IMG/VR virus record: IMGVR_UViG_3300026551_000004
Span: 1-50,821 of that record
Reading direction: 5' to 3' (one strand)
Length of the DNA: 50,821 nt
DNA from: a virus
Lineage: Duplodnaviria; Caudoviricetes
The notes below the pieces were generated by a model. That model was given only the letters and a program-made list of their open reading frames with translations. It was not told the origin of the DNA and ran no database searches. The position numbers were made by a program, and so were the translations under genes. Shown in pieces: positions 46,032 through 50,821 of the stretch. Position 1 is the first letter of the stretch. Each line of letters begins with the position of its first letter.

Positions 46032-46148
46032 TTATGCTAAGCGGTTTCTACGGCTTAGGCTTTCTATTGTTAATGGTTTTTGCTTAGGTGGGATACCTAT
46101 GCTAAGCGGTTTTCTAGGCCGTCCGCCGAGCTTTCCCAAGGCTTGCAT
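46032..46148 (-). CDS. Basic peptide with an AT-hook-like GRPRK motif
   Basis: AAGGA RBS before MQALGKLGGRPRKP. Confidence 0.45.
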   Translation of the reverse strand: MQALGKLGGRPRKPLSIGIPPKQKPLTIESLSRRNRLA

Positions 46149-46152
46149 TTCC

Positions 46153-47958
46153 TTATTTTTTCCATCTGTGGGCTGCGGCAATGGACGCAAGAAGGCTTCT
46201 CTCAGCTGCTGTGCGGGAGTTCGCACTTGCGAGACCTCCGATTGATCCGTATTTACGGGCAATGCTTGATATTACCTCTTCTGGAGATATCCACCGACCT
46301 GCTGAAGTAATTACAATAGGAGGTGGAGGTTCTGGTAAATTAAGAACTAAAGACTGCAACCATGTTTGATCTATTGGTTGCGTTGTTTTAGGTAAAGGCC
46401 AATCAGTTTGATTGAATGGTTGTATACCTACTGGTAAATAAATTACTAGATTTTGATTATGATTCCTATACCAATATAGTGGATAAGGATTCTTCCAATC
46501 TGTTTGAGAGAAAGGAAATGTATTCGATTGTAGAAATTCAGAGAGATTCTGGATCCAAGTAGCATCTATAGGTTGACTAACTACTGGAAGAGGAAAATCT
46601 ACATTCTGAAAGAATGGTGTAGGTCTAGGTAAAAGCTGTAGATTATTCTGCCAAAACTGATCTATAGGCACGTATGTTCGTGGTAAAGGCCAGTCTGTTT
46701 GAATAAATGGTGCTTGGAAAGTAGGAGTTAGCGTACCTTGTAAAAGATTAACACGCCAATCCTGATACCATACCGTTCGCTGTGGATTAGGCCAATCAGT
46801 CTGTACAAAGGGAAAAGTCTCTGATTGATAAAATAAGTTTAGACTTTGAGACCATGTTTGTAGGAGAGGCTGATTAGACTTAGGTAAGGGCCAGTCTAAC
46901 TGATTAAAGGGTATTGCTTGTTGAAAGCTTCGTGTCCAACTTTGATACCAAGTAATTGGTTGAGGATTTGGCCAACTATTCTGACGAAACGGAGCTTGAG
47001 TAACTGCTGTTAAAGCATTACCTGAAACACACCAACTCTGATACCAACTAACAGGTCTAGGGTTAGGCCAATCAAAAGGTAGAAAAGGAGTAGGTTTAGG
47101 AAGTAATGTGTGTTCTTCCCAAGACCTGTACCATGTTACTGGGTACGGATTAGGCCAGTCTTTCTGTACACGTAGTGTTTGTGTTAATACCGTAGGTGTA
47201 GGAAGTAGAGTATTGGTATCATCTGTCCATTTATACCAATCTGAATAAACATATCCACTAGGTGGTAAATTTGTTACGTTAGATACAAAAGGAGCAGCAC
47301 TACTACTAACAGTACCTTTAACTGTAGCAATAAAAGCATCCCAGAACTGAGCAGTATTTATCGTTGCAGTTGCAGTAATCGCAGTCGTAGCTGCGGTCAC
47401 TTGGCTCATTGCTACGGTGCTGTTTGAGTTGTAAGTACGAACACCGTCGTTAGCCCAGCCAGAGCCGACAGCGGTAATAGTGCCGGTATAAGCGAGGCCA
47501 AAGCCTACGGCGAACTCAGCTGCCTGAGCTAATGTTCCGGAGGACCCGCTACTTATTGCGGTTGAAGATCCAGGAAGAAGCGCATCGACCGCTTTGTCAA
47601 AGGAGGCTGTTCCCGCTGTGAATCCAGCTACTTCGTATATTACTAAGTCTCCTAAAACTGCAGCACTGTAATTTACAGTTACAGAGGTAGTTCCAGAAGT
47701 AGGGTTAAAGAAAGCTTTACAAAATACCCAGTATGAATTCCCATCAAATAGAGCATTGAAAGATGCACTATCATTGGCCCATGTCGTAACAGTATCACTG
47801 TTATTATCCGTCATGGAGTTTAGATTAGCAGAGCTTTGTAGACTACCAACAGCTACAATAATGCTTCCTGCAGCAATACCAGTATTGAAAGTAACAGTTA
47901 AAGAAGTAGCGGCAACTGTTAAGACGCCAGTCTTTACCTGAGTTACTGATAGTGCCAT
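46153..47958 (-). CDS. Repeat protein: beta-rich N-domain, ~9 PFxQxDWPxP repeats, basic C-terminal motif
   Basis: Repeats read directly from the translation. Confidence 0.85.
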   Translation of the reverse strand: MALSVTQVKTGVLTVAATSLTVTFNTGIAAGSIIVAVGSLQSSANLNSMTDNNSDTVTTWANDSASFNALFDGNSYWVFCKAFFNPTSGTTSVTVNYSAAVLGDLVIYEVAGFTAGTASFDKAVDALLPGSSTAISSGSSGTLAQAAEFAVGFGLAYTGTITAVGSGWANDGVRTYNSNSTVAMSQVTAATTAITATATINTAQFWDAFIATVKGTVSSSAAPFVSNVTNLPPSGYVYSDWYKWTDDTNTLLPTPTVLTQTLRVQKDWPNPYPVTWYRSWEEHTLLPKPTPFLPFDWPNPRPVSWYQSWCVSGNALTAVTQAPFRQNSWPNPQPITWYQSWTRSFQQAIPFNQLDWPLPKSNQPLLQTWSQSLNLFYQSETFPFVQTDWPNPQRTVWYQDWRVNLLQGTLTPTFQAPFIQTDWPLPRTYVPIDQFWQNNLQLLPRPTPFFQNVDFPLPVVSQPIDATWIQNLSEFLQSNTFPFSQTDWKNPYPLYWYRNHNQNLVIYLPVGIQPFNQTDWPLPKTTQPIDQTWLQSLVLNLPEPPPPIVITSAGRWISPEEVISSIARKYGSIGGLASANSRTAAERSLLASIAAAHRWKK

Positions 47959-47964
47959 TGGCTA

Positions 47965-48342
47965 TTAGCCGTTAGGTACTCTTATGTAACTATTAAACTG
48001 AGCAGATATCGCATTAGAAATATGAGTATCAGTTACTAATATAGCTTGAGCAGCTGCATTGGCTCCTGTAATGGGAACTGTACCAGCTACTGTAGCATCA
48101 GCTAAGATACTAGTATCAGCAGCTACTGAGTGCGCAAACTGTACTTGATAAGGATTTACACCCTGAGCACTTAAAGGAGCATTAAAGACATTAACTGCTA
48201 ACTGTGCTCGTTCCCTATGAAATGCTACAGTCCATCCTTCTGTACCTACTACTTGACAGTAGGTGAACAGACCTGCTCCGACCCTGCCTTGGAAGGTAGG
48301 GTCTTGAGCGAGTAGGTAGGAATCTGAGAAAGAAGCAGCCAT
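47965..48342 (-). CDS. Hypothetical virion-associated protein
   Basis: Coupled ORF in the late operon. Confidence 0.65.
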   Translation of the reverse strand: MAASFSDSYLLAQDPTFQGRVGAGLFTYCQVVGTEGWTVAFHRERAQLAVNVFNAPLSAQGVNPYQVQFAHSVAADTSILADATVAGTVPITGANAAAQAILVTDTHISNAISAQFNSYIRVPNG

Positions 48343-48662
48343 TAGGGGTTTAGCATTGCAGAGAGGTTAGTCACTGCAGATGGATTAGCCTGAGTAGCGG
48401 GGACAACTACAGTAGCGACATTAGAGGCTGCTGAAGTATGACCAGTTGTATCCTGGACAGTAACTGTAAAGTTATGCGTATCGACAGTTAGCGTTGGAGT
48501 GGTGAAGGTAATGCCTGCACCTGGGACAGTTCCAATAAGGACAGTACCAGGGACTAGGTTGGCTAGATCGAAGACGTTGATCTGAGCGATATCAGTAGGA
48601 GCAAGAGTAGAACCATCCAGACGTGTAGTTGGATTAGTCCAAGTGAGAGTAGCAGTAGACAT
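48342..48662 (-). CDS. FN3/Ig-like protein
   Basis: ATLTWTNPTTRLDG...NFTVTVQDTTGHTSAASN...PSAVTNL; AGGA RBS before ATG 48662. Confidence 0.7.
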   Translation of the reverse strand: MSTATLTWTNPTTRLDGSTLAPTDIAQINVFDLANLVPGTVLIGTVPGAGITFTTPTLTVDTHNFTVTVQDTTGHTSAASNVATVVVPATQANPSAVTNLSAMLNP

Positions 48663-48756
48663 AGAGGTATTATTCCTGTATTTTATATGTAAATCTAACC
48701 TGGTTATTGCAGCAGGTTTAGGTGGAGATTTAGAAGGTGGTCTTTTCCTAAACCAA

Positions 48757-49293
48757 TCAATAAGGCTCATAGATAATATGGGCGTTAGCAGTTGCAGCAC
48801 CACCAGTACCGGCAGTCATATTCATTAAAACTGATTGTCCAAAAGTAACAGGAGGACCAGCAGCAAAGACAGCATTACCAATCATAGTAAATTGCTGAGT
48901 TGGAGCTGCGTTCCAACGGATAATTCCACCAAAAGTGTTTAAACCAACGTTAATCTTAGGTGCTGTAATAGCGTTAGATGCTTGAGGTCCATTAGTAGTA
49001 GCAGCAACATATGTAGTATTTGCTACCGGAGTTGCATTTGACTGAACAGGACCATCTGAATTAGGAGCTGCTAGAGCGGTAGCGCCACCAGCCTGAGCTG
49101 TAGAAATGGGAATATAAGCAAATGCTCCAATGGTAGAAGCAGCACCAGTACCTGAAATAAGAATCTCAAGAATATCTGTAATTTGAGTAGTAGATGAACC
49201 GACCATAGCCATATAAGTACCGTTGGCTAGGTTAGTTGCCAAAGCAGTATTAGTGAAGGTCTGTCCGAAAGTATTAAACGATCGTTTAGCCAT
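48757..49293 (-). CDS. Virion-associated beta-rich protein
   Basis: AAGGA RBS; A/T/G-rich. Confidence 0.65.
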   Translation of the reverse strand: MAKRSFNTFGQTFTNTALATNLANGTYMAMVGSSTTQITDILEILISGTGAASTIGAFAYIPISTAQAGGATALAAPNSDGPVQSNATPVANTTYVAATTNGPQASNAITAPKINVGLNTFGGIIRWNAAPTQQFTMIGNAVFAAGPPVTFGQSVLMNMTAGTGGAATANAHIIYEPY

Positions 49294-49295
49294 TA

Positions 49296-49643
49296 TTATT
49301 CCTTAAAGTTTGAATAGAAGGTAAGACCTTCTTCTAGTATTTGTGTATAAGTTTTATGTACATAATCTGGTAATCTCATTCCTATTCCACAATTATCACA
49401 AATATACTTATTGCAAGCTTGACAATAAGATCTTTCTCGTGTACGATGTGGGTTCATAATAACAACAGTACCACAGTGACTACAGTGATTAGTCTTGGCT
49501 TCATAGAGTTTCTCTCCAGAAGCTTCTGTACCGTAACCTAGACTCATGGCTTCCTCCGGAGTTAATCCTGGAGATGCTCTGTGGTCTAGCATTAAGTAGC
49601 CTTCGTGTAGTTGTTTATTAGAAATAGAATGAATATTACTCAT
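49296..49643 (-). CDS. Zinc-binding protein, first gene of the late arm
   Basis: CSHC...CQAC...CDNC; start moved to ATG 49643 because the promoter overlaps the longer call. Confidence 0.7.
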   Translation of the reverse strand: MSNIHSISNKQLHEGYLMLDHRASPGLTPEEAMSLGYGTEASGEKLYEAKTNHCSHCGTVVIMNPHRTRERSYCQACNKYICDNCGIGMRLPDYVHKTYTQILEEGLTFYSNFKE

Positions 49644-49650
49644 ATACATA

Positions 49651-49679
49651 AGTATAAACCTTTTTAAGGAGTTTGTCAA
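49651..49679 (-). promoter_or_regulatory. sigma70-type promoter for the structural arm
   Basis: - strand TTGACA-17 nt-TATACT. Confidence 0.8.
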
Positions 49680-49924
49680 GTGTTTTATTACGAATTTAAT
49701 AAAAAAGATAATTTACATGAGTTTTGTTATAGTAGAAATAGAGGAGAGTTTATTACTTGTATGAACTTTCCTAAAGATACGGATAATTTAGAATCCTTTT
49801 GTAAATGGATTAATCAGTGTTTAGATAAAATAGAAGACAACCATTTACATTAGAATGCCTCGCCAAGCCCGTAGGAAGCTCACTGATGCATTATTTTTAC
49901 AACTTGGAGGGATAGTATCACTTT

Positions 49925-50230
49925 ATGAAAATAGCACATAAAAGACCGTCTAATGCGATAGTAGTTCACTACGATCAAATAGATAAAATACCTATGAATG
50001 TTAAACCTAGAATTCAAGTATTTTGTAAAAATCTTATGGAATCTGGGATTCAGGGACAATTATGGATTTATCACAACTTAGATAAAGATTTAGAACATTT
50101 ACCTGATGTTATTTATCCTTCTATAAAAGAAGCAGCAAATAATGCAACATGTAAGTATTTACAAATGGGGATACATTACTGGGTGAATCAAGGTAAAGTT
50201 TACAATTTACCAGGAAATAAATATGAATGA
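49925..50230 (+). CDS. Hypothetical protein
   Basis: GGAGG upstream; 101 aa, divergent from the late arm. Confidence 0.6.
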   Translation: MKIAHKRPSNAIVVHYDQIDKIPMNVKPRIQVFCKNLMESGIQGQLWIYHNLDKDLEHLPDVIYPSIKEAANNATCKYLQMGIHYWVNQGKVYNLPGNKYE

Positions 50231-50639
50231 ACATTGGTTAACAACCAACTCACATTGGTTAGATAAGAAAAGCAAACATGGAATGTCTGATTATTTCTGG
50301 AAACATAAATATCCTTGTTTACTAGAAGCTACTGGACATTCAGAAGAAGAAATAGAGAAATTAATAAATGAATCAAGAATTGAAAGAATTAGCTAAACAA
50401 CATTATCAGTTTATAGTAATAGAAAAGAGATTGTTCTCTGATCCGGAAGTTATTGAGAATCAAACTAAGTATCAACAGTTAATATCCAAAATAGAAGTTC
50501 CTTAAAATTTTACCGAGATACTTTTGAGGTGTAGAAAATATTGTTAGATATTCTCGAGGTGTAGTTCATTGCGCCGACGGTGGGGGTATGACCCCTATGG
50601 AGGGGGTCAAGAGGTTTCACATTGTAGCATTGGCTACAC

Positions 50640-50821
50640 TTTCTACTATAGTATTCCATATGTACATATGTATACATGATGTAGTACGTACTGTACGCAC
50701 ATAAACATACGTTAGTATCTATAGTTTATTACGTATGTAATAGCTGCGGATACGTACGTATACCTATAGTCTTACAATAGGATAACAATAGGATAATATA
50801 GTAAGCATACGTAGGTAGGAA
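50640..50821. repeat. Terminal region rich in short palindromes and repeats
   Basis: TACTATAGTA, CATATGTACATATG, ATACGTACGTAT, ATAGGATAA x2. Confidence 0.55.

Larger units (their letters stand above)
1..50821. mobile_element. Near-complete podovirus genome (T7-like replication module, no RNAP, two convergent arms)
   Basis: Primase-helicase, PolA, endonuclease I-like gene on +; TerL-portal-scaffold-MCP-tail-ejection proteins on -; the arms meet at a terminator near 20.85 kb; no host housekeeping genes seen. Confidence 0.93.

Noticed and set aside
1-50821. Direct terminal repeats, integrase, RNA polymerase or alternative genetic code
   Set aside because: No end-to-end repeat or such genes were seen; conserved genes read through intact in the standard code

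Overview
The window looks like a near-complete ~50.8 kb lytic podovirus genome with two convergent arms. The left arm (+ strand, ~1-20.8 kb) carries host-type sigma70 promoters, small early genes, a T7-like primase-helicase, family A DNA polymerase, SSB, a MazG-like protein, a PD-(D/E)XK exonuclease, an endonuclease I-like resolvase and an HNH-like protein. The right arm (- strand, 49.6-20.9 kb) carries virion accessory genes, TerL, portal, scaffold, major capsid, tail fibre, GH24 lysozyme, holin, tail tubular A/B and ejection proteins. I recognised no RNA polymerase or integrase. The layout resembles Zobellviridae/SIO1-type podoviruses, and the host is possibly alphaproteobacterial (both inferences). 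The most striking unexplained signal is non-coding. A ~1.55 kb ORF-poor, densely base-paired tract (15190-16750) contains a circularly permuted tRNA-like domain, extra T-loops, a pseudoknot and a duplicated module, making it a candidate giant structured ncRNA. There is also a tRNA-like element with expanded anticodon and T arms (20007-20132) and a seven-hairpin array (5044-5309). Other oddities are apparent ACG/ATC/ATA start codons on conserved replication and nuclease genes, an ssrA-tag-like C-terminus on the helicase, a degenerate GATase-II/GGCT gene pair, and a histidine-phosphatase/HTH protein at the end of the ejection-protein block. All calls come from reading motifs by eye; no searches or folding programs were run.
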